A DNA stretch of 64,000 bases from an uncultured Gammaproteobacteria bacterium. GTDB lineage: Bacteria; Patescibacteriota; Microgenomatia; UBA12405. Positions 1 to 10,646 of the stretch are shown piece after piece. The stretch lies in NCBI GenBank assembly GCA_964544275.1, contig CAZIZX010000001.1:49576-113575 (forward strand), written 5' to 3'. A program made the position numbers and the translations under genes. The notes under the pieces were generated by a model. That model had not been told where the DNA came from. It saw nothing but the letters and a program-made list of their open reading frames with translations, and did no database searches. Position 1 is the first letter of the stretch. Every line of letters begins with the position of its first letter.

Positions 1-2
1 AG

Positions 3-2297
3 GACAATGAGCTCCTACTTTCATATCAGGAAAAATACCAATATATCCTTGTCGATGAATACCAGGATACCAATTCAGCTCAAAATCAAATCCTGGAACT
101 TCTAGGTTCCTATTTTAAAGATCCCAACATATTTGTTGTTGGTGATGACGACCAGGCAATTTTCCGTTTTCAGGGCGCTTCTGTCGAAAATATTTATGAT
201 TTTTATCTGAAATATAAAAAAAATGTCAAAAAAATCGCTCTAAAAAATAACTACCGCAGTCACCAGCTGATCCTCGACACCTCCAGTTCGGTTATCCACC
301 ACAACAAAAATCGAATTACCAATTATATTGAAGACCTGGATAAGTCTCTAATCTCTATTTCTACTTACGATCCGGATCCGATCAACTTCTACCCCGCCAG
401 TTCAATTCTTGATGAAAATTACTTTGTTGCCGCCAGAATTGACCAGCTAATCAACGCCGGCACCAGACCTGGGCAAATCGCCGTTTTATTTCGCAATAAT
501 AACGACGCTGTTGATCTAACCGAGACCCTCGATAACAACCGCATCAAATACCACCTTGAGACTGGTAGCGATGCCCTGGCTCACCCCCGCATCAAACAGT
601 TAATTAAATTGCTCCATTTTATCAATAATCCTACCGACAATCAGGCTCTTTACCACGTTTTATCTTATGACTTTATTGGCATTAACCCTTTCGACCTTTA
701 TCATCTTCTTCAATGTTCTCATCGTCTTCACCTCCCTCTTTCTGAAATTATTTCCAACCCCGATATTCTCAATTCAATTAAGCCAGAACTCAAAAAAAAG
801 ACTCTTATTAAATTAAAAAATTTTTCCATTCGTACCGCCAAAGCTATTCGTTGGTTAAATTTTTACAACCTCGATCGTTTTTTTAACCGGGTTATCCGTA
901 AATTTGGCTACCTCAAACACATTGTCAGCTTAAACAATCTCGAACTGATCAATTACTTGAACGCTTTTTACGGCGAAATCAAGCGCTTTTCCGGAAAAGA
1001 CGGCTATACTTTATCTCAATTCCTAGATCGTCTTCTTCTTTTTTCCGACAACAAAATTCCTCTTCAAGCTCAGGAATTAGTCGCCGACACCGATCAGACA
1101 GTCCGTCTGATGACCGTCCACAAAGCCAAAGGACTGGAGTTCGAGCACGTATTTTTGATCAAATGTGTCGACAGAAAATGGGGTAATAATTATCAAGTCA
1201 GCCCTCTTCGTCTCCCTCCCGGGATTCTTCGCACCGAAATATCCCGTTTAGCTCATGACGAGAATGAGGACGAACGGCGTTTATTTTATGTCGCCCTCAC
1301 CCGTGCCAAAAAGCAAATTTACATCTCCTACAGCCGCAAAACAGATACTAACCGTGATCAGCTGCCATCAATTTTTATTGCTGAAATTAATCCCCAGCTG
1401 ATGGAAACAATAAAGCCCACTCCTCAAACTCAAAACCAGGCAATATTTACCAACTTCCCCCAAAAAATCCCTGACCCCATTGGTAACGATAAACTGGCGG
1501 ATTACCTTCGACAATCCCTAACCAAAAACTATAAACTTAGCCCTACCCACCTCAATTCCTACCTCGACTGTCCTTTGTGTTTTTATTACAAAACTATTTT
1601 ACGGATTCCCGCTGTCAAGGACAAATATGCTTCTCTTGGTACTGCCGTCCACAACAGTCTGTCACATCTTTACAATGTCATGCGCGACCAGGGTAAATTG
1701 ATAACCGAAAAAGAATTAATAAGTATTTTTGCTAAATATTTAATCAAAGAAAACTTAAGCCCCAAAAATCAGGAAGAAGCCCTTAATTATGGTCGTCAGT
1801 CACTTTCTGAATACTATCAGCATTATCACCACTCTTTCGACGGTAATTGTATTATGGACTATGACTTTGCCCCCCGCAACGTTTTCTGTGACCAGGTGCC
1901 CATAAGCGGCAAGATTGACAAAATTGAGATCCACCAGGACCAAACTAACGATAAACCAAACGTTTCACTGGTTGATTATAAGACTGGTAATCCCGATACC
2001 AAGTCAAAGGACATGCAGCCGGGTGGTTCCTACTTTAATCAAATTGTCTTTTACAAGATACTGGCTGATTCAGATCCTGATTTTCCCTATCACGTTACTT
2101 CCGCCGCCATTGATTTTATCCAAAAAAGCAAGTCCAGAAAAACTTTTATCAAAAGGGATTTTCAGTTTAAACCAGACCATATTGCCCAGGTAAAATCACT
2201 CATCAAAGATGTTTACCAAAAAATCATCAATCTCGAATTTACTCAAGTCGGCGACAAATGCAAAAATGATCAAAACCTTCATGGCTTGCTAGAATAA
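3..2297 (+). CDS. UvrD/PcrA-family SF1 helicase with C-terminal PD-(D/E)XK nuclease domain (5' partial)
   Basis: Frame open from position 3 with Walker B YILVDEYQDTN, VVGDDDQAIFRFQGA, LMTVHKAKGLEFEHVF and DERRLFYVALTRAK; C-terminal LSPTHLNSYLDCP, GKIDKI and LVDYKTG nuclease motifs. Confidence 0.92.
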   Translation, partial: DNELLLSYQEKYQYILVDEYQDTNSAQNQILELLGSYFKDPNIFVVGDDDQAIFRFQGASVENIYDFYLKYKKNVKKIALKNNYRSHQLILDTSSSVIHHNKNRITNYIEDLDKSLISISTYDPDPINFYPASSILDENYFVAARIDQLINAGTRPGQIAVLFRNNNDAVDLTETLDNNRIKYHLETGSDALAHPRIKQLIKLLHFINNPTDNQALYHVLSYDFIGINPFDLYHLLQCSHRLHLPLSEIISNPDILNSIKPELKKKTLIKLKNFSIRTAKAIRWLNFYNLDRFFNRVIRKFGYLKHIVSLNNLELINYLNAFYGEIKRFSGKDGYTLSQFLDRLLLFSDNKIPLQAQELVADTDQTVRLMTVHKAKGLEFEHVFLIKCVDRKWGNNYQVSPLRLPPGILRTEISRLAHDENEDERRLFYVALTRAKKQIYISYSRKTDTNRDQLPSIFIAEINPQLMETIKPTPQTQNQAIFTNFPQKIPDPIGNDKLADYLRQSLTKNYKLSPTHLNSYLDCPLCFYYKTILRIPAVKDKYASLGTAVHNSLSHLYNVMRDQGKLITEKELISIFAKYLIKENLSPKNQEEALNYGRQSLSEYYQHYHHSFDGNCIMDYDFAPRNVFCDQVPISGKIDKIEIHQDQTNDKPNVSLVDYKTGNPDTKSKDMQPGGSYFNQIVFYKILADSDPDFPYHVTSAAIDFIQKSKSRKTFIKRDFQFKPDHIAQVKSLIKDVYQKIINLEFTQVGDKCKNDQNLHGLLE

Positions 2298-2300
2298 GTG

Positions 2301-2732
2301 ATGCAAATCAAAATAAAACGCTTTGACAAAACATTACCTCTTCCGGTTCACGCTACTCCTGGTGCCGTCGCCGTTGACCTTTATTCCCGCCTGGATGTTG
2401 ATATCAAACCAAAAGAAATAGCCTACATTCCTATGAATATTGCCGTAAAAATTCCTGATAATTATTTTATTTTATTAGCCCCCCGCAGTTCTACTCACAA
2501 GCTCGGTATCCAGGGCATCAATAGTGTGGGTATTATGGACCGGGATTATTGTGGTGATAGCGATGAGTATCACTTCGCGGTTCGCAACTTTACTGATTCT
2601 TCGGTTCATATTAAAAAAGGCAGTCGTCTTTGCCAGTTAGTTCTTATCAAATGTGAAACCTTTGATTTTGAAGAAGTCGATCAAATGGAATCTCCCGACC
2701 GCGGCGGTTTTGGTTCAACCGGTCAAAACTAA
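2301..2732 (+). CDS. dut: dUTP diphosphatase
   Basis: APRSS, GIMDRDYCG, RLCQLV and C-terminal DRGGFGSTG motifs. Confidence 0.95.
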   Translation: MQIKIKRFDKTLPLPVHATPGAVAVDLYSRLDVDIKPKEIAYIPMNIAVKIPDNYFILLAPRSSTHKLGIQGINSVGIMDRDYCGDSDEYHFAVRNFTDSSVHIKKGSRLCQLVLIKCETFDFEEVDQMESPDRGGFGSTGQN

Positions 2733-2733
2733 T

Positions 2734-3888
2734 ATGGCGCTCAGACCTTACCTCGATCAAATCATCAAAAATTTTGAAACCCGATTTAAAACTTTTAACC
2801 ACATTGAAATTTCCCGCACTAATCTGCTTCATAATTATGATTATTTTCAAAAATTAAACCCCAACACCCAAATTTGGCCCGTCCTCAAATCTAATGCCTA
2901 TGGTCACGGCTTAAAACAGGTTGCTTCAGTTCTGAAAGAACGTCAATTTGATTATTTTATTGTTGACAGTTTTCACGAAGCCTTAAAAATTTGGGAAACG
3001 ACTCATCGAAAAGTCCTTTTAATCGCCCCCGTCCATCCCGACAATTATTCCCAACTGAAATTTAAAAATCTTACTCTGACCATCCAGGACACTTTTTCCC
3101 TAAAAAGAATCGCCCAAATCAAAAAACCGGTCCGGATCCATCTGAAGATTAACACTGGGATGTCTCGGCAGGGGATCGACACCGATGAAATTCCCAAGAT
3201 TCTTAAAATTCTCCACCAGAATAAGCAAATTAACCTCGAAGGTCTTTGCTCTCATTTGGCCGACGCTGACAATACTGACAACTCTTTTTCCCTCAAGCAA
3301 CAGGATAAGTTTCTCTCAGCCATCAACACTATTAAACAAAATGGATTTAATCCCAAGTTCATCCATCTCTCTGCTACTGCCTCTGCCGCCAAAATCAACC
3401 ATCCTCATTTAAACGCTATTAGGCTTGGAATCGGCCTTTACGGTTTCAATCCCCTCAAGCCGTCCGATAAATATTTTGACAAACTTCGACAACTCAAACC
3501 GGCACTCTCTTTTAAATCATCCATAGAAAAAATTAGAGCTATCAGCAAAAACGATTGTATCAGTTATAATTGTACCTATATATCCGACAAAAAAAGAAAC
3601 GTCGCCATTATTCCCGTCGGCTATTTTGAAGGTCTCGACCGTCGGCTGAGCAACCGAGGTTTTGTCAAATACCAAAATAAATTTTACCCTATAATTGGCC
3701 AGATTTGTATGAACATGTCCATTATTGATTTTGGTCGTGTTGCTCCCAAACTTTTTGATGAAGTCGAAGTCGTCAGTCCGCTAGCTCAGGACAAAAACTC
3801 AATTCAATCTCACAGCCGCCTTTGCCAAACCATTCCCTATGAATTACTCGTTCACCTAAACGAATCAGTCAGAAGAATTGTGGTTTGA
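2734..3888 (+). CDS. alr: Alanine racemase
   Basis: PLP lysine motif PVLKSNAYGHG, HLKINTGMSRQG, GQICMN, TIPYELL; start set at the ATG just after the dut stop. Confidence 0.93.
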   Translation: MALRPYLDQIIKNFETRFKTFNHIEISRTNLLHNYDYFQKLNPNTQIWPVLKSNAYGHGLKQVASVLKERQFDYFIVDSFHEALKIWETTHRKVLLIAPVHPDNYSQLKFKNLTLTIQDTFSLKRIAQIKKPVRIHLKINTGMSRQGIDTDEIPKILKILHQNKQINLEGLCSHLADADNTDNSFSLKQQDKFLSAINTIKQNGFNPKFIHLSATASAAKINHPHLNAIRLGIGLYGFNPLKPSDKYFDKLRQLKPALSFKSSIEKIRAISKNDCISYNCTYISDKKRNVAIIPVGYFEGLDRRLSNRGFVKYQNKFYPIIGQICMNMSIIDFGRVAPKLFDEVEVVSPLAQDKNSIQSHSRLCQTIPYELLVHLNESVRRIVV

Positions 3889-3988
3889 TTTTCTCATATA
3901 TACCTAAATTATACCATAAAAAATATTATAAGACAATATTATTTATCGAAATCAAGAAAGGCAGTTGCCTATATAGTAAAATTAAACA

Positions 3989-5128
3989 ATGATTCTTCTT
4001 TATATTCTCTTGGGACTTTTAGCTGGAATCGGTATTGCTATTACCGTTTTCCAGATTATCTCCAAAAAAAATCAACCGAATTCAGACAAAATGTCTGAGG
4101 ATTTTTTCAATAAATTTAACGAAAAATTCCCCGAAATTATAAAAAACGCCAACTCCACTTTGGTTACTCTGGCCGCCCAAAAACTGGACTCCCAAAAACA
4201 GGAAATTGAAGTTGATCTGGCCAACAAAAAAGAAAATATTGAAAAAATGGTCAAGCAGGTTCTGGATGAACTGAAAAATAATTCAACCAAAATGGAAGAA
4301 GTCGAAAAAAATCGGGTCGGCAGCTTTGAAAGTCTAAAGAAATCATTGGAAAATTCCGAAAAAATTACTCGTCAGCTATCGGCTACCACCGAAAGTTTGA
4401 GTAAGGTTCTGTCAAACAACCAGCTTCGCGGTGCTTTCGGAGAAAAAGTCGCCGAGGATTTGCTCAAGATGAGCGGTTTCGTTCGTGGAGTCAACTATGA
4501 ATTCAACAAGGAGCAGGTCACCACCGAAACCCGCCCCGATTTTGCCATTTTTCTACCCGATGGTGCCCGTATTAATGTTGACGCCAAATTTCCCTATTCC
4601 AGCCTGACCAAAATGGCCGAAACTCAGGATGAAGAAACTAAAAACCGTTATCTCAAAATGTTTGAGAAGGATGTCAAAGACAAGATCAAACAGGTATGCA
4701 CCCGCGATTATATTGATCCAGAAAACAAAACCGTCGACTTTGTCATTCTTTTTATCCCCAATGAAATGATATTTTCCTTTATTTACGACAAGATGGGCGA
4801 CATTATCGAAGAGGCCATGAAAAATAAAGTCGTTCTTTGCGGCCCATTTAGCTTTACTGCAATCTTGCGCATGGTCCATCAGGCTTATGATAATTTTCGC
4901 TACCAGAATAATGTCCAGCAAATAATCAGTTACATTAAACTTTTCGAAAAAGAATTTGATAACTACAATCAGGAATTTGAAAAAATAGGTGATAGGATAG
5001 ACAGCCTTTCTCGTCAGTATAGTTCAGTCAGCACCACCCGAACTAGACAACTGCTCAAAGTCGTTGACCGGATCAAACTAGAAGACTCAGCCAAAAGTAC
5101 GCCCATTTTGGAAGCAAAAAATGATTAA
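3989..5128 (+). CDS. rmuC: DNA recombination protein RmuC
   Basis: N-terminal TM and coiled coil, RGAFGE, RPDFAIFLP, VDAKFP, DFVILFIPNE. Confidence 0.9.
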   Translation: MILLYILLGLLAGIGIAITVFQIISKKNQPNSDKMSEDFFNKFNEKFPEIIKNANSTLVTLAAQKLDSQKQEIEVDLANKKENIEKMVKQVLDELKNNSTKMEEVEKNRVGSFESLKKSLENSEKITRQLSATTESLSKVLSNNQLRGAFGEKVAEDLLKMSGFVRGVNYEFNKEQVTTETRPDFAIFLPDGARINVDAKFPYSSLTKMAETQDEETKNRYLKMFEKDVKDKIKQVCTRDYIDPENKTVDFVILFIPNEMIFSFIYDKMGDIIEEAMKNKVVLCGPFSFTAILRMVHQAYDNFRYQNNVQQIISYIKLFEKEFDNYNQEFEKIGDRIDSLSRQYSSVSTTRTRQLLKVVDRIKLEDSAKSTPILEAKND

Positions 5129-5423
5129 GTACCTGTTGGAAAATCGTTGGCCTACTCTCACTCTTTCTTTTCTGCTGGTGTTTCTTGTCTATATCACCAA
5201 CGTTCCGCCTTCTGGACTTACCTCTTTTATCCTGTTTTTTGTCTTGCTTTTTGCCTTTATTCTTTCTTTTGTCTTTATCTTTTCTTCCAGCTTAAAAAAC
5301 AACCTGATTATCTCCTTTTACGCCCTTACTTTTTCCCTTCTTTTCTTTCTAAAACTAGGTAATTATATTAATGTTTTTCTTTTAAGTTCCTTTTTTGCCG
5401 CTCTTTACTTTCTGACCAAATAA
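5121..5423 (+). CDS. Small integral membrane protein (about 4 TM), unknown function
   Basis: 100-aa highly hydrophobic ORF overlapping the rmuC stop. Confidence 0.7.
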   Translation: MIKYLLENRWPTLTLSFLLVFLVYITNVPPSGLTSFILFFVLLFAFILSFVFIFSSSLKNNLIISFYALTFSLLFFLKLGNYINVFLLSSFFAALYFLTK

Positions 5424-5434
5424 ACAATTAGCCC

Positions 5435-5471
5435 TTGACACTTGCTAGCACTCGACTTATTATATTGCTAA
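5435..5471 (+). promoter_or_regulatory. Sigma70 promoter overlapped by a CIRCE (HrcA operator)
   Basis: TTGACA 5435-5440, 17 bp spacer, TATTAT 5458-5463; CTAGCACTC-N9-TATTGCTAA at 5445-5471 versus consensus TTAGCACTC-N9-GAGTGCTAA, directly before hrcA. Confidence 0.85.
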
Positions 5472-5473
5472 TC

Positions 5474-6214
5474 ATGGCAGAACTAACACAGCGACAAATC
5501 AAAATCCTCAAATGTATTACCGAAGAGTTCATTGAAACAGCCAGTCCGGTTGGTTCAGAAACATTGGAAAGAAAGTTTTCTCTTGGCATATCTTCGGCTA
5601 CTATCAGAAATGAAATGTCGGCCCTGACTCAACTTGGATATCTCAAAAAAGGCCATCTTTCTGCCGGCAGGTCACCGACTTCTATGGGTCTAAAATACTA
5701 TGTTAGAAACCTGATGACTCCCAAAACCATGTCAATTAGCGACGAAATTGGTGCCAAAGAAAAAATTTGGGACTATCGAAATGAGTTTGACCGATTGATC
5801 AAAGAAACCACCAAAGAACTGGCCAACAAAACCCGATCAATGGCCATTGCTACCACCGACCAGGGCAACCTCTATAGTTATGGAGCTTCAAATTTATTGG
5901 AAGAACCTGAGTTCTTCAACATAGACGTTACCAAAACGGTGCTTTCTCTCTTAGACAACGTCAACTACTGGTTTGAGATCCTCAACAAAGCCGAGTCCGT
6001 TCAAAACCCTACCGGAGAGGAATTTGTTCATCTTTTAATTGGCGAGGACTTAGGCATGGAACATCTGGAACCTTGTGGTTTTGTCTATCAAACCTATGAA
6101 GCCGGCCCTCACCGCGGCATCCTTGGAATTATTGGTCCGGCCCGCTTCCAGTACACCGTTATCGTTCCCATTGTCGACTACTTTGCTGAATTGGTATCTA
6201 CTGTTACTCGTTAA
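5474..6214 (+). CDS. hrcA: Heat-inducible transcription repressor HrcA (short form)
   Basis: LTQRQ, PVGS, SSATIRNEM, HLSAGRSPT, LGIIGPARF; precedes grpE-dnaK-dnaJ. Confidence 0.93.
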   Translation: MAELTQRQIKILKCITEEFIETASPVGSETLERKFSLGISSATIRNEMSALTQLGYLKKGHLSAGRSPTSMGLKYYVRNLMTPKTMSISDEIGAKEKIWDYRNEFDRLIKETTKELANKTRSMAIATTDQGNLYSYGASNLLEEPEFFNIDVTKTVLSLLDNVNYWFEILNKAESVQNPTGEEFVHLLIGEDLGMEHLEPCGFVYQTYEAGPHRGILGIIGPARFQYTVIVPIVDYFAELVSTVTR

Positions 6215-6223
6215 TCATAATTT

Positions 6224-6688
6224 ATGGCTGAATCTAAAAAAAAGAAACCACCAAAAATAATTAAGGTCAAAATTAACCAACAGGAACAACAAATCGCTGA
6301 ACTTAAGGACAGACTGGCCAGATCTTTGGCTGATTATTCTAATTTGGAAAAAAGAATGGATAACCAGCGGCAGCTATTTGTAGCCTTGGCCACAGCTGGA
6401 ATTCTAACCAAAATTGTCGAGGTTCTAGACGATTTATATCTGGCTCAAAATCACTTAAACGACCCTGGACTAAAAATGGCTATTGACAAGTTCGTTCGGA
6501 TTCTTGACGCTGAAGGATTACAGGAGGTTAAAGCTCTAAATAATGAGTTTGATCCGAAGACCATGGACTGTGTTGACGTTGCCAAGGGTCCACAGGACTA
6601 TGTCGTTGAAGTTCGGAAAAGAGGCTATTTGATAAACAATCACGTTCTCCGCCCGGCTCAGGTAGTCGTTGGCAAGGAGACAAATTAA
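6224..6688 (+). CDS. grpE: Nucleotide exchange factor GrpE
   Basis: [32 protein letters not shown]; synteny. Confidence 0.93.
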   Translation: MAESKKKKPPKIIKVKINQQEQQIAELKDRLARSLADYSNLEKRMDNQRQLFVALATAGILTKIVEVLDDLYLAQNHLNDPGLKMAIDKFVRILDAEGLQEVKALNNEFDPKTMDCVDVAKGPQDYVVEVRKRGYLINNHVLRPAQVVVGKETN

Positions 6689-6714
6689 TTTATAAATTAA
6701 AAATTATAAAAAAA

Positions 6715-8610
6715 ATGGCTAACAAAATAATCGGAATCGATTTAGGCACTACAAATTCTTGTGTTGCTGTCATGGAAGGCGGCAATCCCAAAATAATATT
6801 AACTTCAGAAGGCAGAAACCTGATCCCTTCGGTTGTTGAACCGGTCAAGGGATTGGTGGGCGATTTGGCCAAAAGACAAATGGTTCTAAATCCGGAAAAC
6901 ACAATTTACAGCATCAAAAGACTCATGGGTCGTCGTATTGATGATCCTGAAGTGGAAAAGACCAAGAAAACTGTTGCCTATAAAGTTGTTTCCGGCAAAG
7001 ACAGCACCGCTTCGGTTGAAGTCGGTGGAAAGACTTATACTCCTCAGGAAATTTCTGCCAAAATTCTCCAAAAAGCCAAAACCGATGCCGAAAAATATCT
7101 GGGTGAAAAAGTAACTGATGCTGTTATTACTGTTCCGGCCTATTTTGACGATTCCCAGAGACAAGCCACCAAGCAGGCTGGAGAAATTGCCGGCTTAAAT
7201 GTTCAGCGTATCGTCAACGAACCAACTGCCGCCGCTTTAGCCTACGGTCTGGACAAGAAAAACAATGGTCTTATTGCCGTTTACGATTTGGGTGGAGGCA
7301 CTTTTGATATTTCCATCCTCGAAATCGGCGAAGGAGTTTTTGAAGTCAAAGCCACCAACGGCGACACCTTTTTGGGTGGTGACGATTTTGACAATCGGGT
7401 TATCGATTGGCTTTTGGATAACTTTCAAAAAGAACAGGGTGTTGATCTGAGAACTGACCCTCAAGCCCTTCAGCGTGTCCGGGAAGCTGCCGAAAAAGCC
7501 AAAATCGAACTATCCAGCACCAACCAGACCGAAATAAACTTACCCTTCATTACCCAAAAAGCCGGTCAGCCTCTTCACTTAACTGTTAGTATGACCCGAA
7601 CCGACCTGGAGAAATTAGTTGACGACTTGATTCAAAGAAGTATCGGTCCGGTTGAGCAGTGTCTCAAGGATGCCAAGGTCTCCAAAAATGACATTACTGA
7701 CATTCTAATGGTTGGCGGTATGACTCGGATGCCCAAAGTCCAACAGGTAGTCAAAGATTTCTTTGGTAAAGAACTTAATTCCACCGTCAATCCTGACGAG
7801 GTCGTTGCCATTGGCGCTGCCGTTCAGGGAGCGGTTCTCACCGGAGAAGTCAAAGATGTAGTCCTGCTTGACGTTACCCCTCTTACTCTCGGTATAGAAA
7901 CTGCCGGTGGTGTTAGAACTCCTCTTATCGAAAGAAATACCACCGTCCCGACCAAAAAATCTCAGGTATTTACCACTTATTCCGACAACCAACCTCAGGT
8001 GGAAATCAGTGTCTTGCAGGGCGAACGCCCCATGGCTGCTGACAATAAATCACTCGGCCGCTTTGTTTTGGATGGAATCCCTCCCGCACCTCGTGGCGTA
8101 CCCCAAATCGAAGTCACCTTCGATATTGACAGCAACGGTATTCTAAATGTTACTGCCAAAGATAAGGGAACCGGTAAGGAGCAAAAAATCACCATCCAAA
8201 ACGCTACCAATCTGTCAGAACAGGAAGTCGAACAGATGAAAGCCGATGCCGAAAAATTCGCTTCGCAGGATGAAGAGAAAAGACAATTTGTCGAGTCGAA
8301 AAACAGGCTTGATTCAACTATCTTTTCAGCCGAGAAAACCATTACGGATCTGGGCGACAAAGTAAAAGCCGAAGACAAGGCTAAGATTGAAGAAAAAGTA
8401 AAGCAGGCCAAAGAGGTTCTAGCCAAAGCCGATGCCAAAAAAGACGAACTTGACAAAGCCAATGAAGAGTTAAGTCAAATTCTTCAAACCGTCGGTGCTG
8501 CCTTTTACCAGTCAGGCGACCAGACTCCCCCCGAGGGCCCTGCACCTGATCAGGACAAAAAGGACAAAAACAATCAGGATGACGCTCAGGAAGGAGAGGT
8601 AGTTAGCTAG
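6715..8610 (+). CDS. dnaK: Chaperone DnaK
   Basis: [39 protein letters not shown]. Confidence 0.98.
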   Translation: MANKIIGIDLGTTNSCVAVMEGGNPKIILTSEGRNLIPSVVEPVKGLVGDLAKRQMVLNPENTIYSIKRLMGRRIDDPEVEKTKKTVAYKVVSGKDSTASVEVGGKTYTPQEISAKILQKAKTDAEKYLGEKVTDAVITVPAYFDDSQRQATKQAGEIAGLNVQRIVNEPTAAALAYGLDKKNNGLIAVYDLGGGTFDISILEIGEGVFEVKATNGDTFLGGDDFDNRVIDWLLDNFQKEQGVDLRTDPQALQRVREAAEKAKIELSSTNQTEINLPFITQKAGQPLHLTVSMTRTDLEKLVDDLIQRSIGPVEQCLKDAKVSKNDITDILMVGGMTRMPKVQQVVKDFFGKELNSTVNPDEVVAIGAAVQGAVLTGEVKDVVLLDVTPLTLGIETAGGVRTPLIERNTTVPTKKSQVFTTYSDNQPQVEISVLQGERPMAADNKSLGRFVLDGIPPAPRGVPQIEVTFDIDSNGILNVTAKDKGTGKEQKITIQNATNLSEQEVEQMKADAEKFASQDEEKRQFVESKNRLDSTIFSAEKTITDLGDKVKAEDKAKIEEKVKQAKEVLAKADAKKDELDKANEELSQILQTVGAAFYQSGDQTPPEGPAPDQDKKDKNNQDDAQEGEVVS

Positions 8611-8618
8611 TTACATCT

Positions 8619-9470
8619 ATGAAACGCGACTACTACGAAATTTTGGGAGTACCCAAAAATTCCAGCCAGGAAGAAATAAAAAAGGCCTATCGCAAGATGG
8701 CCATGCAAAATCATCCTGACCGTAATAAATCGTCTGATGCTGAAGAAAAATTCAAAGAGATTAATGAGGCTTATGAAGTTTTAAGCAACGACGACAAAAA
8801 ACGAGCTTATGATCAGTATGGCCACGCTGCTTTTGATCCCAACTCCGGCCCTTTTGGTGGCAACACCTATACCCGCCAAAATGGTCCTTTTCACTATACT
8901 TACACTTCGGGAGGCAACCCTTTTGGTAATGCTGATTTTGAATTTGGCGGATTTAGCAACCCTTTTGACATTTTCGAACAATTTTTTGGCACCTCGTTTA
9001 ATCGCCAGCGTGAACCCAGCCTTCCTACCTACAAAATTCAATTAAGTTTTCTTGAAGCCGCCAACGGTGTTGAAAAAGAAGTTGTAGTTGAAGGTAAAAA
9101 AAATAAAATAAAAATTCCCGCTGGCGTTAACGACGGCCAGAGGATAAAATTTAAAGACTTTTACCTTTATATCGACGTTTTACCCAGCGATACTTTTCAG
9201 CGCGAAGGCAATGATGTTTTTGTCATCAGAAAAATTAGTTTCACCCAGGCCTCTCTGGGCGCCGATATTGAAGTCCCAACACTATCCGAACCTATCAAAA
9301 TAAAAGTTCGTCCTGGAACTCAGCCAAACACATTGGTCAGACTGAGAGGCAAGGGAATTAAGGATCTGCAGGGCTATGGCTATGGTGACCTTTATGTCCG
9401 CCTCCAGGTTGAAGTTCCCACCAGGTTGTCCAAAAAACAAAAAGAATTGCTCAAACAGCTCGAACTGTAA
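8619..9470 (+). CDS. dnaJ: DnaJ-family co-chaperone lacking the zinc-finger domain (class B)
   Basis: J domain with HPD, G/F-rich region and C-terminal domain; no CxxCxGxG repeats. Confidence 0.9.
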   Translation: MKRDYYEILGVPKNSSQEEIKKAYRKMAMQNHPDRNKSSDAEEKFKEINEAYEVLSNDDKKRAYDQYGHAAFDPNSGPFGGNTYTRQNGPFHYTYTSGGNPFGNADFEFGGFSNPFDIFEQFFGTSFNRQREPSLPTYKIQLSFLEAANGVEKEVVVEGKKNKIKIPAGVNDGQRIKFKDFYLYIDVLPSDTFQREGNDVFVIRKISFTQASLGADIEVPTLSEPIKIKVRPGTQPNTLVRLRGKGIKDLQGYGYGDLYVRLQVEVPTRLSKKQKELLKQLEL

Positions 9471-9500
9471 CTAATTGGTTTGTATCTTATTGGCGTCCTT

Positions 9501-9565
9501 TGGTATAATATCCCCAGATTAAATTTGTGTAAAACGGAATGGGGGCGTGACAGTCCCCATTTTCG
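9501..9565 (+). promoter_or_regulatory. Extended -10 promoter and leader hairpin upstream of nusA
   Basis: TGGTATAAT 9501-9509; stem GAATGGGGG 9537-9545 / TCCCCATTT 9554-9562. Confidence 0.6.
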
Positions 9566-9594
9566 GTTACACCTTAAATAAAAAAGGAGAAACA

Positions 9595-10584
9595 ATGGAT
9601 TTAAAAAGATTACCCAAGACAGAGTTCGCTGCTGCCGTGGCTCAGATTGCTGGCGAACGCAACATCGACGTTCAGTCAATCCTGGATTCTATTGAGCAGG
9701 GGTTGGTTTCAGCCTACAAAAGAGATCAAAAAGAACATGGCGTTATTATTCCTGAGGAAAACGAATTTACTGTTGAATTATCGCCTGAAACCGGTTCTTT
9801 CAAAGTCTACCAGGTTGACGACAACCAAAAAATCGAAGTAACACCCCCCGGCTTTGGTCGTATTGCCGCTCAAACTGCCAAACAGGTTATTGACCAAAAG
9901 ATCCGCGAAGCCGAAAAAGATGTCCTAATTGCCGAATATGAAAAGAAAATAGGCTCTTTACTCTCCGGAGTTATACTTCGGATTGATCCTTACAAAATTA
10001 CGGTTGGAGTTGGCAAGGCCGAAGGTATTTACCCCAAAGACGAGCAAATTAAAAATGAAACTTTAGCCCTGGGTAGTCGCAAACTCTTTCTACTTCAATC
10101 AATCACTGAGACCGAAGTCGGTCGGAAAGACATTATTTTATCCCGAAGAGATCCGGAGTTTATTCACCAGCTATTTGCTCGGGAAGTCCCTGAAGTTGGC
10201 AACAGAACCGTTGTGGTTGAAAAAATCGCCCGAACCCCCGGAGTTCGGGCCAAAGTCGCCGTCTCGTCCACTCAACCTGGTGTTGATCCTGTTGGGTCTT
10301 GTATCGGCCAAAAAGGCTCTCGAATCCAATCGATATTAAACGAATTACCAGAAGATGAAAAGGTTGATGTAGTTCCCTTTTCCCAAAATCTGAATCAGTT
10401 TATTGCTTACGCCCTGTCTCCCGCCCAAGGAGTTAAAATCATCTCCGTTGGCAACGGAGAAGCACACGTTACCGTTCCCGAAGACCAGCAGGCATTGGCC
10501 ATTGGCGGTGGTGGCGAAAACGTTCATCTTGCCGGTGAACTAACAGGTTTCGATATCAAAATCACACCCGAAAAAGGCGCCTAA
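9595..10584 (+). CDS. nusA: Transcription factor NusA
   Basis: FGRIAAQTAKQVI, LFAREVPE, DPVGSCIGQKGSRI, LAIGGGGENV; AAGGAG SD. Confidence 0.96.
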   Translation: MDLKRLPKTEFAAAVAQIAGERNIDVQSILDSIEQGLVSAYKRDQKEHGVIIPEENEFTVELSPETGSFKVYQVDDNQKIEVTPPGFGRIAAQTAKQVIDQKIREAEKDVLIAEYEKKIGSLLSGVILRIDPYKITVGVGKAEGIYPKDEQIKNETLALGSRKLFLLQSITETEVGRKDIILSRRDPEFIHQLFAREVPEVGNRTVVVEKIARTPGVRAKVAVSSTQPGVDPVGSCIGQKGSRIQSILNELPEDEKVDVVPFSQNLNQFIAYALSPAQGVKIISVGNGEAHVTVPEDQQALAIGGGGENVHLAGELTGFDIKITPEKGA

Positions 10585-10646
10585 AAACATCTTTTCCGGT
10601 TTAATTTTTAGGTTCTGTTTTGAGCCTTTATTAGGAGAATATTTCT

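Noticed and set aside
2653-2733. Long upstream extensions given for alr, hrcA, nusA, alaS, rplV, rplX, rplF, rpsD and rpsI
   Set aside because: They overlap upstream genes or promoters; downstream ATGs fit family N-termini and the start signals
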